Assembly (NCBI GenBank): GCA_963662795.1
Contig: OY759746.1
Location: 2,464,001 to 2,528,000 of the forward strand
Length of the DNA stretch: 64,000 bases
Origin: Spirochaetia bacterium
GTDB taxonomy: Bacteria; Spirochaetota; Spirochaetia; CADAEX01
Direction of reading: 5' to 3'
Shown here: one piece after another, positions 22,146 to 32,420 of the stretch
How positions within the stretch are numbered: the stretch's first letter is position 1
Layout of the letters: each line of letters begins with the position of its first letter
The notes under the pieces: model-generated
Seen by the model: only the letters and a program-made list of their open reading frames with translations
Databases searched by the model: none
What the model was told of the DNA's origin: nothing
Made by a program: the position numbers and the translations under genes

Positions 22146-23012
22146 TTAATAGTATTTTTTTAGGAAATCTATGATTAGCTGATTAACTTTATAGGGCATT
22201 TCCATCATTAAAAAGTGACTTACATCGGGAATATAATAATATTCAATTATTGGAAATGTTTTGCTTAATTCATTTTTATAATCAACAGGTAGTTGATAAG
22301 CTGGAGAATATATAGCCAGAAATGGTTTGTTTATTGTTTTTTTTCTCCAATATTTTTGATCTTTTTCAACTCCTTCAATCATCGCTTTTCCTATTGATAA
22401 TGGCACTTTTCTGCTACCTGCAAACACTTCTTCTTTTAATAACATAGGTGAATCAGGCATAAAAAGCGCTTCTAAAAAAGCTTCCCGTCCTGATTCGTTA
22501 TTCATAGTATTTGCAAAGATTCGATTATATTCTATCCATTCCTTTACAGCTTTTTCATCATCTGATATCTCAAAATGTGCTCCATCCATACTACATATAC
22601 CTATGCATTTTTCCGGATATTTTTGTGCTATAACTTCGCAAACCGATAATCCCATACTATGACCTATGAAGAAGCTTTTGCTAATTTTTTCTTTTTCAAG
22701 TACTTTATAGACTGAATCAGCAAATATTTCCATTGTATAATCTACATTCTCTATCTTACTGCTTTTTCCATTACCAGGCAGGTCAATAGCAATAACTTTA
22801 TACTCGGGAAAAGCTTTTGTTTGGTATTTCCAGTTCTGTATATTACCAGTCCATCCATGAATTAAAATAATTGTTTTCGGTGAGTTCCCATATATTTCAT
22901 AGTAAATACTATGTTCATTATATTTAATATATTTTTCCTTAAAGTTGTCATTACTATTACAAGAAATTAACAGGAGTAATACAATTAGCAATAATACGAT
23001 ATTTTTATTCAT
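22146..23012 (-). CDS. Alpha/beta hydrolase, putative lipoprotein
   Basis: Signal peptide with LLISC lipobox; IHGW, DLPGNG.S, GHSMG nucleophile elbow, SHFLM. Confidence 0.88.
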   Translation of the reverse strand: MNKNIVLLLIVLLLLISCNSNDNFKEKYIKYNEHSIYYEIYGNSPKTIILIHGWTGNIQNWKYQTKAFPEYKVIAIDLPGNGKSSKIENVDYTMEIFADSVYKVLEKEKISKSFFIGHSMGLSVCEVIAQKYPEKCIGICSMDGAHFEISDDEKAVKEWIEYNRIFANTMNNESGREAFLEALFMPDSPMLLKEEVFAGSRKVPLSIGKAMIEGVEKDQKYWRKKTINKPFLAIYSPAYQLPVDYKNELSKTFPIIEYYYIPDVSHFLMMEMPYKVNQLIIDFLKKYY

Positions 23013-23094
23013 TCTAAATCCTTATATTATATATATGCTTCTATCATTTTTAATGAAGCTGTTAGAAAACTTTATACTTAACGACACCTTAATA

Positions 23095-24021
23095 TTATTT
23101 TATCTTTGATTTTCCTAAAGGACGGACTGGACGTGCCTCAATATATCCTCGCCAGCCTTGTGGTTCAAGTTGAAAACGGGGAGCTGAATCAAAGTCCCAG
23201 GCGAAACCATAAAGTGTCGGATCATATTTATCAATTTTTTTCATCATTGAATTAATTACATCCAGAAAATCCTCATCAGCAAATGGTTCTCCTTGGAAAA
23301 CCATCATCATTGCTGGTCCAAATTCTGCTAATTCAAATCCTTCAGGAATTATTCCTTGCCAATTAGGAGGTAATTCAACTCCTTGAACATATTCGGAAGT
23401 GTTTATTGGACGGAGCTTTGAGGGAAGCCAAAGCCCAATTGGCTCATACAAAGCTTCTTTAACGCTTGTCAGGATACCCCATATATCGCAACCAACTTCT
23501 TCACAGTAGGTAAAATAATCACTTGCTGTCTTAGCTCTTTTCATTAGCACTTTTCGAGCTGGTCTTTCAATTATCTGAACAAAAACAGTTTTCATTACAT
23601 TGTCATCCATTATTTCTTCTCCTCTTTTGTCTTTTTTGCACACAGTAAGAGGATAGGGCAAAAACAGCTTTACCGGACGTGGCTGATTACGATAACTTAA
23701 AGGAGTAATACCAAATTCTTTCGAAAAGGAACGGGTAAACCCCTCATGGGAATCGAACATAAAATCAAGAGCGACATCAATGATCTTAGATGGTGTGTCT
23801 CTCAATACAAGCGCAGCCTGCGAAAGTCTCAGTCTACGAATATAATCAAAAGGTGGTTGACCTATAAGTTCCTTAAATATTCGTTGTGCATGCCATGCTG
23901 AATAGCCAGCAGCGTATGCAAGATCATTCGCCGAGATTTTTTCATGCACATGTGATAGGATATAATCCTGCATTTTGCGTACAGCCAGGGTTATATCATT
24001 TCGTGTATATTCTCGTTCCAC
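23095..24021 (-). CDS. AraC-family transcriptional regulator (N-terminal HTH, GyrI-like C-terminal domain)
   Basis: AGYS.WH..RIFKE, RLRLS.AA, FDSHEGFTRSF..EFG. Confidence 0.92.
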   Translation of the reverse strand: MEREYTRNDITLAVRKMQDYILSHVHEKISANDLAYAAGYSAWHAQRIFKELIGQPPFDYIRRLRLSQAALVLRDTPSKIIDVALDFMFDSHEGFTRSFSKEFGITPLSYRNQPRPVKLFLPYPLTVCKKDKRGEEIMDDNVMKTVFVQIIERPARKVLMKRAKTASDYFTYCEEVGCDIWGILTSVKEALYEPIGLWLPSKLRPINTSEYVQGVELPPNWQGIIPEGFELAEFGPAMMMVFQGEPFADEDFLDVINSMMKKIDKYDPTLYGFAWDFDSAPRFQLEPQGWRGYIEARPVRPLGKSKIK

Positions 24022-24263
24022 AATCTCCTCCTGTGTACATACTGTATTTTACAGATTCAAAGATTTGGATTCTTGACTTGTATTGCTAAAATATAAATTA
24101 TTAGAATAATTTTAATAATTTATCAGTTTGTAATCCAAGTCAATTAAAAAAGTTTTACTACTTTCAATTATTTATTAATAGCTTATATACAAAAGGTATT
24201 AAAGTAATATTCACAATACTGCATCTCTCCGCCCGCCGGCCGAGGATCCGGACTATTTTATCT

Positions 24264-25610
24264 TGTCTGGTCCAGTTTCACGACATCGGTAACGGATTTG
24301 TGTCACGACATCGGTAACACTTTTCTTCTTTTTCTTTTCATAAGTGTATACTTCTTTTCCGGTACCAGCAACAAACTTTCCTGGTCAAAATACCCAAGAA
24401 GAGAGTCTGCGAACCACACATCCAGCTGCCCTGTTTCAGTGGGATGTATGCCTATGTTATAACCCCCAAAAGGATTCCCAACAAAATAGCGAACACCTTT
24501 AAAGCTGACAAATCCTCGGTTATTTACAAAACGTTTTCTGTAATTTATCGGATATGCAAACTCCACAAAGTCCCCATAATATTCCTGCTCTGATACTTTA
24601 TATACTGTAGAGGGTGTTTTCATATTCAGTGATTCATGCGGCCGCTCTTCATTATATTCTACACGCCACTTTTCAAACATCTTCTGATGATACCTGATAT
24701 CTCCATAAATCTGGCCTTCCAATTCATTCGCCATATCCAAATGCATCCGTTCATGTGCTCCGTTCTGATAAGGTGATGCTGGTTCTATTCTGTCCAACTT
24801 AATCCCTAATGATAGCCACCAAACTGATAATCTTGTCAGACCGAATAAACTTCGCATATTCGCAAAAGGAGGGCCATTATCTGATCTAATTACCTCTGGA
24901 AGACCGTATTCCCTGAATAATTGGTCGAATTCCTTGTAAACACTTGCTGTATCACCCTTATCCAGAGTTTTAATTGTTAAAATGTACTTGGAATGATCAT
25001 CTCGTACTATAAGCGGATTTACTCGTTCTCTGTTAGGGGTATACCACCATCCTTTAAAATCCACCGTCCATACATGATTTGGATGTGTTGCTTCTACACG
25101 ATTTTCAATTCTAATACCTTCAGCTGTTCTCTTCTTTCGACGCTTCTTGGCTAATCCAGCCTTCTGAAAAAATCGATTAAATGTACTCACTGAGGGCAGC
25201 CTCTTATCAGGATATTTATTAGCGTAAATCTCTCTGATCTTTTTAGCTCCCCAATTCTTCTTTTGATGTTTGATTTTAATTATAGAGAGTATCTCTTCTT
25301 CTGATAAACTCTCTGGGCTTGTTTTTGGTTTTCTTGATAATTCCTCAAGTCCTTCAAAGCCTTGCTCAAGAAACCTCTCTTTCCACTTGTAGCCAGTCTT
25401 TGGACTGATACAATATTTCGCACACAGACTGGTAAAATTCATTGTTCCCTTGAGTGCTTCCAGAACAAATTCTTTTTTCTGATCCATAACATTGGTCTCC
25501 TTCCATGGCATCTCTCAGTCCTCCTAAATAGGATTGTACTAAAAGATTTACATGTGTGGTGTTACCTATGTCGTGATAAAAAGTGTTACCTATGTCCTGA
25601 TTTGACCGGC
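24264..25610 (-). mobile_element. IS481-family element
   Basis: Duplicated subterminal boxes TCACGACATCGGTAAC (left, x2) and GTTACCTATGTC.TGA (right, x2) in inverted orientation; exact tips uncertain. Confidence 0.85.
24303..25511 (-). CDS. IS481-family transposase
   Basis: MPWKE, ISPKTGYKW..RF, WTVDFKG, RSDNGPPF, QNGAHERMH, YNEERPHESL. Confidence 0.95.
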   Translation of the reverse strand: MPWKETNVMDQKKEFVLEALKGTMNFTSLCAKYCISPKTGYKWKERFLEQGFEGLEELSRKPKTSPESLSEEEILSIIKIKHQKKNWGAKKIREIYANKYPDKRLPSVSTFNRFFQKAGLAKKRRKKRTAEGIRIENRVEATHPNHVWTVDFKGWWYTPNRERVNPLIVRDDHSKYILTIKTLDKGDTASVYKEFDQLFREYGLPEVIRSDNGPPFANMRSLFGLTRLSVWWLSLGIKLDRIEPASPYQNGAHERMHLDMANELEGQIYGDIRYHQKMFEKWRVEYNEERPHESLNMKTPSTVYKVSEQEYYGDFVEFAYPINYRKRFVNNRGFVSFKGVRYFVGNPFGGYNIGIHPTETGQLDVWFADSLLGYFDQESLLLVPEKKYTLMKRKRRKVLPMS

Positions 25611-25619
25611 TGGTATTGA

Positions 25620-25790
25620 GCATAACGTCTCGCGATTATTCGATGTTTTGCAGTTAACATTTAAAACACTTCTGACTTTTTTACGAAACCCGAGAAGTAT
25701 TAAATATTAATTGCTCTGTTTAAATGATAGCAAAATATGCCGCAGGCCAAGCGAGGTACTCCGAGCGCAACGAATTATCCTCTGTTATGA
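25620..25790 (-). repeat. Spirochaete-type attC-like gene-cassette recombination site
   Basis: Minus strand: TCATAAC AGAGGATAATTCG...CTCGCTTGGCCTGCGGCATATTTTGC...GCAAAACATCGAATAATC...GTTATGC; AAC/GTT core ends plus internal dyads; resembles Leptospira/Treponema cassette repeats as recalled. Confidence 0.7.
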
Positions 25791-25875
25791 GCAGTGTTCC
25801 CGCTTCTTGTCCAAGCCACACGGCGGAGCCAAGGCTGGACTTCTACCATTGTCAGGTAATTACTATACCTGTACA

Positions 25876-25969
25876 TTTTTTTCATTGTGTTTTCCGCTCT
25901 TTTAATTATAGCGGGTTTTACACCTTAATCATACAGTTTTTTTATGTCTTGTTTTCTGGGCTCATTATA
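25876..25969 (-). mobile_element. Isolated left end of the IS3 element seen at 7288-8311
   Basis: About 90 bp near-identical to 8218-8311, including the terminal IR, RBS and start ATG. Confidence 0.85.
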
Positions 25970-26039
25970 GAGTGCCCACATCATATTTGAATCCCATCTA
26001 CTCGTTAAACAACACATAACAACATGATCACCCATTATA

Positions 26040-27117
26040 GGGCACCTCTAAAAACCCTTGGTTAAAACCAATTATTTTTTGACTTGTGCCAAATATTCGA
26101 TCCTTTTAATAAACCCATGATTTCCAGTATGCAGTCTGTCTGCAGTCAAGCCGTTATGCCCTGCATATCTGCAGGTATCTTATCATATTATAAGTCAGAT
26201 TTGTTAGTCCAATTATTGCATTGGCCCTGATAATCCCACTTCCTCTTATCATGTTACCTTTCAACGAATTCTTTATGCACCCAAATACATGCTCTATCCT
26301 GCAGCGGATTTTTGATTTCTTCCTGTTCCTTACCATTTGCTGCCTGCTTAAAGTTTTATACCTATACCCTTTTTCATGTATCCGGTTTTTTATATTATTT
26401 TCCTCCAATGTGCTTTTTTTAATTGTTTTTCCTGAATAAGCACTGTCTGCATACATTTCATGATGATAATCTTTTTCTGTAATAAGGTTTTCCATAACTT
26501 GACTGTCATGCACTGAAGCCGATGTTATACAATATTTTTTTATCAGTTTTGATTTACGGTCAATATTTATATGATTCTTGTAGCCATAATGTCTTTGCCC
26601 TGTCTTTGTAACCCAGCGGGCATCTACTATTTTCCCATTTTGCGCTATAATTCCTTTGTCATAGAGGTATAGTCCAAACTTTTCAAAAAGTACTTCTACT
26701 TTGCCTGATTTTGTAAGGGTTTCGCGAAATAGCCATATTGTTTTTTCATCCGGCACCTGATCCTGAAGCTCTAATCCCAAAAACCTCATAAAAGAAAAAC
26801 GATCCATTATTTGAAACTGAGTCTGTGCATCTGACAAGTTATAAAGTCTCTGAAGAATCAGTATTTTAAACATCAGCACATAGTCATAGGCAGATCTTCC
26901 TCCAGGACCCTTGGCCTGCTTTGTAAACACACGGTTTAAGGTATGACGAAAACTTTCCCATGGAATTATTTTATTCAAGGTTATCAGCGGGTCTCCCTGC
27001 TTTTGTCTTAATTCATCATCAAAAAATCCGCGTTGCTTTTTCATTTTATCCTCCCCCAGGGAGAGTATTACATTTATTCAAGATTATGAAAATTCCATTG
27101 AGTTTTTAGAGGTGCCC
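26040..27117 (-). mobile_element. IS5-family element, transposase ORF 26154-27044 internally deleted
   Basis: Perfect IR GGGCACCTCTAAAAAC / GTTTTTAGAGGTGCCC with TA flanks; MFKILILQ.LYNLSD, VPDEKTIW.FRE, YGYKNH, ADSAY, R.RIEHVFG. Confidence 0.9.
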
Positions 27118-27845
27118 TAAAGCTGTAATCCTGATTCAGGAAACAATGGACAATGGCGTATGCAGTACAGCTGAAATATCGCTGCTAACTTATCAGCGCT
27201 GGAAGAAAGGGGAAACAAAAGATAAAAGGAAATACGCAGAAAAACATATACCGGGAAAGTTATCAGATAAAAAAAAGATATTATAGATGTTTGCTGCAGC
27301 GATGAATATGCCAAAGATCTTTTTGAAAGAACACTTCAGGAAGAAAAATATCCACAAGTAAGTGTTCATTCTGATAACGGTAATCCCATGAAAGGGATAA
27401 GCCTTCTCTCTCTTTTTGATGATCTTGGAATAAAAAACAGCTTCTCACGTCCCTGGGTAAGCAGTGACAATCCGTTTATTGAATCATCTTTCGGAATAAT
27501 GAAAACCAGCGTTAAATATCCTGGCAAGTTTGAAAATATCCATGAAGCAAGATTGTGGATGGCTGATTTTGTTAACTGGTATAATAATTATCACAGGAAT
27601 TCGGGCAATCAGTATTTCACTCCAGCTTAAATGAGGGATGGAAGTTTTATTGAGCTTGCAAAATCAAGAAGCAATACAATTTCTGAAGCATATAAAAACA
27701 ACCACCAGAGATGGAGCGGGAAGGGTAAGCAATGGAAAGGCAGGCAAACCGTAATTTTAAATCCTTCTCTAAAAACACGGCAGAAAAACAAAAATGCCGC
27801 ATAATTTTTTTCAAAAATCATACGTCATATATGTTGACATAAAAA
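27118..27845 (+). pseudogene. IS3-family remnant interrupted by the IS5
   Basis: Fragments HSDNGNPMKG...SFSRPWVSSDNPFIESSF..MK...WYN..H.NS..YFTP; IS3-like end GTCATATATGTTGACAT near 27840. Confidence 0.75.
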
Positions 27846-28000
27846 GGTACACATTGGCCTTATGGTCGTAATACTCTCTCACTATGATCCGGATGATTTC
27901 TCACCAGTTTTTTGTGTAAAAAAGGTTAAGGAGTATCGAGGTTTTGAATGATAATAAAGACTTCTGTTTGAAGCATATTCTGAAATGATATTGATATTTA

Positions 28001-28897
28001 TTATATTTGTGTTGAGCTGTTTAATAAAAAATCAACAAAATATTTTATATTGTTATTCTCTGCTTTAATTTTAGGTAAAACTAGAAGGAATTTTCTATTG
28101 ATTCGAACATTATTAATATTAATTTTTTTAAATTGATTTTTTTCAGTATCATTATTTAAAGCTAGCTCTGACACTATTCCATATCCAACTCCGCTTAATA
28201 CAGCTGATTTTACTGATTCAGCATTTCCCATAACTAAAGCTATTTTAAGATTGTCAGTATTTATATTATTCTGTTTTAAATATCTTTCAAATATTTCTCT
28301 TGTTCCGGATCCTTTTTCTCTTATTACTATTGGTTCTGAAAGTAAGTCATCAATTTCAATAAAAGGTTTAGTACACCATACATGATGTAAATTTACTATA
28401 ACAATAATTTCATCATCGAAAAATGGAATAGTAACATGATTGTTAAAATCAATTGGTTCGCTAATAATTGCAATATCCATGCTCAACTCTTTAAGTGATT
28501 TTACAAGGAAAGCATTATCTCCAGCAAGCATGGTAATATTAACGTTTGGATACTTAATTTTAAAATTACCAAGTATTTTTGGAAGAAGATATTTCCCAAG
28601 AACGGTTGATACTCCAATTGTGATTGCGCCTTTTATATTTATACTTACATTGCAAACCGCATTTTTAGCTAATTCGTATTGTTTTAAAATATTTTCAGCA
28701 TGTTCATACAATACTTTACCTGGTTCTGTTAGCTTTATTATTGATCCATTTCTATCAAAAAGCCTTATGCCGTATTCTTCTTCAAGTTTTTTAATTTGTA
28801 TTGTAACAGCTGGTTGTGTCATAAATAGTATGCTTGCCGCTTTTGAAAAGCTATTTTCTCTCGCAACAGTAACAAATGTCTTTAATTTATAATCCAT
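28001..28897 (-). CDS. LysR-family regulator (CysL-like), divergent from the mutase operon
   Basis: SFSKAA..L.MTQPAVT.QIK.LEE, REKGSGTR, VKSAV..G.G. Confidence 0.95.
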   Translation of the reverse strand: MDYKLKTFVTVARENSFSKAASILFMTQPAVTIQIKKLEEEYGIRLFDRNGSIIKLTEPGKVLYEHAENILKQYELAKNAVCNVSINIKGAITIGVSTVLGKYLLPKILGNFKIKYPNVNITMLAGDNAFLVKSLKELSMDIAIISEPIDFNNHVTIPFFDDEIIVIVNLHHVWCTKPFIEIDDLLSEPIVIREKGSGTREIFERYLKQNNINTDNLKIALVMGNAESVKSAVLSGVGYGIVSELALNNDTEKNQFKKININNVRINRKFLLVLPKIKAENNNIKYFVDFLLNSSTQI

Positions 28898-29070
28898 AAC
28901 TATAAATATATTTTATACCAAAATTGCAAATAGTCAAATTAAATTTAATTTAATTAGACTTAAAATAGATATTTATAAATAAAAATCAATTTATATCAAC
29001 AAAAACATATAAATATAACAATGATATAAATATTTATTATACCTATATAAATATTTATAATTTGATTTAT
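28898..29070. promoter_or_regulatory. Divergent AT-rich promoter region with putative LysR boxes
   Basis: Repeated ATATAAATATTTAT at about 29024 and 29046 (ATA-N9-TAT / T-N11-A type); the region is very AT-rich, so specificity is low. Confidence 0.4.
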
Positions 29071-29124
29071 TTTTACTTTCATATAAATAATTAGTCACCA
29101 ACAAGAAAATTGAAAGAGGAACAA

Positions 29125-30000
29125 ATGTATAGTAAATCAGTTTTATTAAGAGAAAAAATTAATTCGAATAAACTAATTATTGGGATAGGAGCCAGAGATG
29201 CTCTTGAAGCAAAATTAATTGAAGAAGCTAATTTTGATTTCGTGTGGTCAAGTAGTTTAGGTGTTTCGGCTTCTTATTGTATTCCTGATGCTAGTTTAAT
29301 ATCCATGAGCCAATATCTATCAGCAGCCAGGTCAATGAATGAAGTAATATCAATACCTGTAATTGCTGATTGTGATACAGGGTATGGTAATATTAATAAT
29401 TTAATTTATGCTGTTAAACTATTTGAAGATTCTGATATCGCAGGAATTTGTATTGAAGATAAAAAATTCCCCAAAGATAATAGTCTTCTTGAAGGGGGAA
29501 GACAAGAACTTCTAGATATAAATGAATTTTCTTCTAAAATAAGAGCTGCTAAAGATACTCAGAAAAGTGACTCTTTTTGTGTTATTGCAAGATTAGAGTC
29601 ATTTATTGCTGGCTGGGGAATAGAAGATGCACTTGAAAGAGCATATAGTTATGAAAAAGCTGGTGCGGATTTGATTCTTGTGCATTCAAAATTAAATGTT
29701 CCGGATGAAATTATAAATTTTACAAATAATTGGAAAGGTAAAATACCTATAGTTATTGTTCCTACCAATTATTACAGTTTTACTGAAGAACAGGTACAGG
29801 CATTTAAAAAAATAAAAATAGTTATATATGCTAATCAGATACTTAGAAAATCTATTTTAGCGACACAAGTGATTCTCAAAGAAATAAAAAATAGTAAAGG
29901 GATAAATAGTGTTCAAAATAAAATATCACCTGTATCAGAAATATTCCGATTACAAGGTGTACCTGAAATGAAAGCTCAAGAAAAAAAATATAAAACTTGA
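29125..30000 (+). CDS. Isocitrate lyase/PEP mutase superfamily enzyme (PEP mutase or phosphonopyruvate hydrolase-like)
   Basis: IPVIADCDTGYGN, IEDKKFPKDNSL (EDK-X5-NS), VIARLE, HSK, IVPT.Y, IYANQ; ATG 29125 has GAGGA RBS. Confidence 0.92.
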   Translation: MYSKSVLLREKINSNKLIIGIGARDALEAKLIEEANFDFVWSSSLGVSASYCIPDASLISMSQYLSAARSMNEVISIPVIADCDTGYGNINNLIYAVKLFEDSDIAGICIEDKKFPKDNSLLEGGRQELLDINEFSSKIRAAKDTQKSDSFCVIARLESFIAGWGIEDALERAYSYEKAGADLILVHSKLNVPDEIINFTNNWKGKIPIVIVPTNYYSFTEEQVQAFKKIKIVIYANQILRKSILATQVILKEIKNSKGINSVQNKISPVSEIFRLQGVPEMKAQEKKYKT

Positions 30001-30061
30001 TGATAAATTATAAGAATGTAAAATAAATGTTTTGAAGAATCTCGACTAAATGGAGTATTAA

Positions 30062-31390
30062 ATGATAAGCGAATTGGCAATTGAACTTAATGAGAAAATA
30101 GATGGAACAGCTCTTTATCATCAGCTTTCAGACTTTGGGAAAAGAATATATTTCCCAAAGGGAACAAAAAAACAATCTGAAGAAGCTAAAAAATATGCAT
30201 ACAAATATAATGCAACAGAGGGTATGGCTTTTGCAGAGGATCACCCATTTGTATTGAAAAACATCAGAAATTATTTACAGGAATTAAATATTGAAGATGT
30301 TGTTACTTATGCCCCTATCCTGGGTCTTCCTTCCTTAAGGGAATTATGGAAAAAGGAGCTTTACAGAAAAAACAACTCACTTGAAAATAAAAATATTTCA
30401 AAGCCAATTGTAACAGGTGGACTTACCCATGGCCTATCTATTGCTGGCGATCTTTTTACTGACGAAAATACAGTTTTAGTAATTCCTGATCTTTTCTGGC
30501 CTAATTATGAAATTATATATAAGGAAAGAAGAAACTGCTTAATTAAAACATATAATTTCTTTGAAAAGGGGAAAATTGATTTTGAAAGTTTTAAAAAAAC
30601 AATAAGAGAAATTGAAAAGAATAAAAAAATATTTACAATTTTCAACTTTCCCCATAATCCGACTGGATATTCTCTGACCCATAGAGAAGTATCTGAAATA
30701 AAAGAGATTATGAAAGCTTTTGCTGATGATGGTTATAAAATTACAGTCCTTCTTGATGATGCATATTTTGGACTTGTATATGAGGATAACATATCAAGTG
30801 AATCACTCTTTTCCATATTTGCTGATCTTCATAAGAATATTATAGCCATAAAGGTTGATGGTGCAAGTAAAGAATACTATGGGTGGGGTTTACGGGTTGG
30901 TTTTATAACATTTTCTTCTAAAGGATTTGGAAATGAACACTATGCTGCACTTGAAAATAAACTATCAGGATTAATTAGATCATCAATTTCAAACTCATCT
31001 AAGATTTCACAACTTATTCTTGAAAAAATGATTATGGACAAAGAGACAGAGAAAGAAAAGAAAAAATATTTTGCAGATCTTAAAAACCGGTATAAAGCAG
31101 TAAAAAAAATTATTAGCGTATACAGCGAAAGTATACTCTCTCCATTCCCTTTTAATTCAGGTTATTTTATGTGTTTTACTGTTAAAACAGGAAAAGCAGA
31201 AATCTTAAGAAAATATCTTCTTGAACATTATGGTATCGGTACAACATCAATGCAGAATAAATATCTGAGAGTTGCATTCGCTTGTGTTGATGAAAAAAAT
31301 ATAAAAAATCTTTATGAAATAATTTATAAAGCATCCATGGAGTACCTGGATGAAAATATTGCAATAAAAAATACGGAGGTACAAAAATGA
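30062..31390 (+). CDS. PLP-dependent aminotransferase class I/II (aspartate aminotransferase-like), copy 1
   Basis: NFPHNPTGY, DDAYFG, KVDGASKE (PLP lysine), WGLRVGF, LRVAF. Confidence 0.92.
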   Translation: MISELAIELNEKIDGTALYHQLSDFGKRIYFPKGTKKQSEEAKKYAYKYNATEGMAFAEDHPFVLKNIRNYLQELNIEDVVTYAPILGLPSLRELWKKELYRKNNSLENKNISKPIVTGGLTHGLSIAGDLFTDENTVLVIPDLFWPNYEIIYKERRNCLIKTYNFFEKGKIDFESFKKTIREIEKNKKIFTIFNFPHNPTGYSLTHREVSEIKEIMKAFADDGYKITVLLDDAYFGLVYEDNISSESLFSIFADLHKNIIAIKVDGASKEYYGWGLRVGFITFSSKGFGNEHYAALENKLSGLIRSSISNSSKISQLILEKMIMDKETEKEKKKYFADLKNRYKAVKKIISVYSESILSPFPFNSGYFMCFTVKTGKAEILRKYLLEHYGIGTTSMQNKYLRVAFACVDEKNIKNLYEIIYKASMEYLDENIAIKNTEVQK

Positions 31391-32420
31391 ACAATCTGGC
31401 AATTGAACTTAATAAAAAAATTGAAGGGACAGCTCTTTATAACCAACTTTCAGACTTCGGGAAAAGAATTTACTTCCCTAAAGATACTAAGATACAGTCA
31501 GCAGAAGCGAAAGAACTGGCCACTAAATATAATGCAACAGAGGGTATGGCATTTAAAGACCATAAACTAATTTCAATTTCTTCAATTACACAATTCTTTT
31601 CTGATCTTGATCTTGAAGAATCAATAAGTTATGCAGGATCTGCAGGAGATGCTGAACTGAGGGATTTATGGGAAAAAGATCTTAAAAGGAAAAATCCTTC
31701 TTTAAATAAAATTGAATTTTCAAAACCGATAGTTGTTGCTGGACTTACACACGGTCTTTCTGTTGTTGGAGATTTGTTTATTGATAACTCAACAACAATA
31801 TTACTTCCTTCTGTTTACTGGCCCAATTATGACCTTATATTCGGGGAAAAATATCGTGCTGAAATAAAAACATATAATATCCACTCTGAAGGACATCTTG
31901 ATATTGAAAGCCTGGTTAAAGCGATTAGGGCAGAAAGGAAAGATAAAAAAATTGCTATCATTTTAAATTTTCCTCAAAATCCGACTGGATATTCACCTCT
32001 TAAGTTAGAAGCTGAAGAATTAAAACAGGAATTCTTTAAACTAGCAGAAGAAGGATACAAACTTCTGATAATTCACGATGATGCTTATTACGGTTTATTC
32101 TATGAAGAAGATATATATCCCGAGTCACTTTTTTCGATATTTTCTAATTTACATGAGAATATTTTAGCCTTGAAAATAGACGGTCCGACTAAAGAGTATT
32201 TTGTTTGGGGATTTAGGGTTGGTTTTATTTCTATTGGAGCAAAAGGATTAACACGTGAACAGTATCAGGTAATTGAAACAAAAATAATGGCAGCAATAAG
32301 ATGCTCAATTTCAACTGCATCAAAACCAGCCCAGTCAATAATAATAAAAGCATTAAAAGAAAGAACCACTGAAGAAGAACAAAAGAAGGGGGGTGATGTA
32401 ATTAAGAAAAGATATGAAAT

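Noticed and set aside
25711-25990. Short ORFs at 25711 and 25724, and the similar ORF at 8213-8641
   Set aside because: They read through the attC-like site and IS3 end sequences; the shared peptide only reflects the repeated IS end
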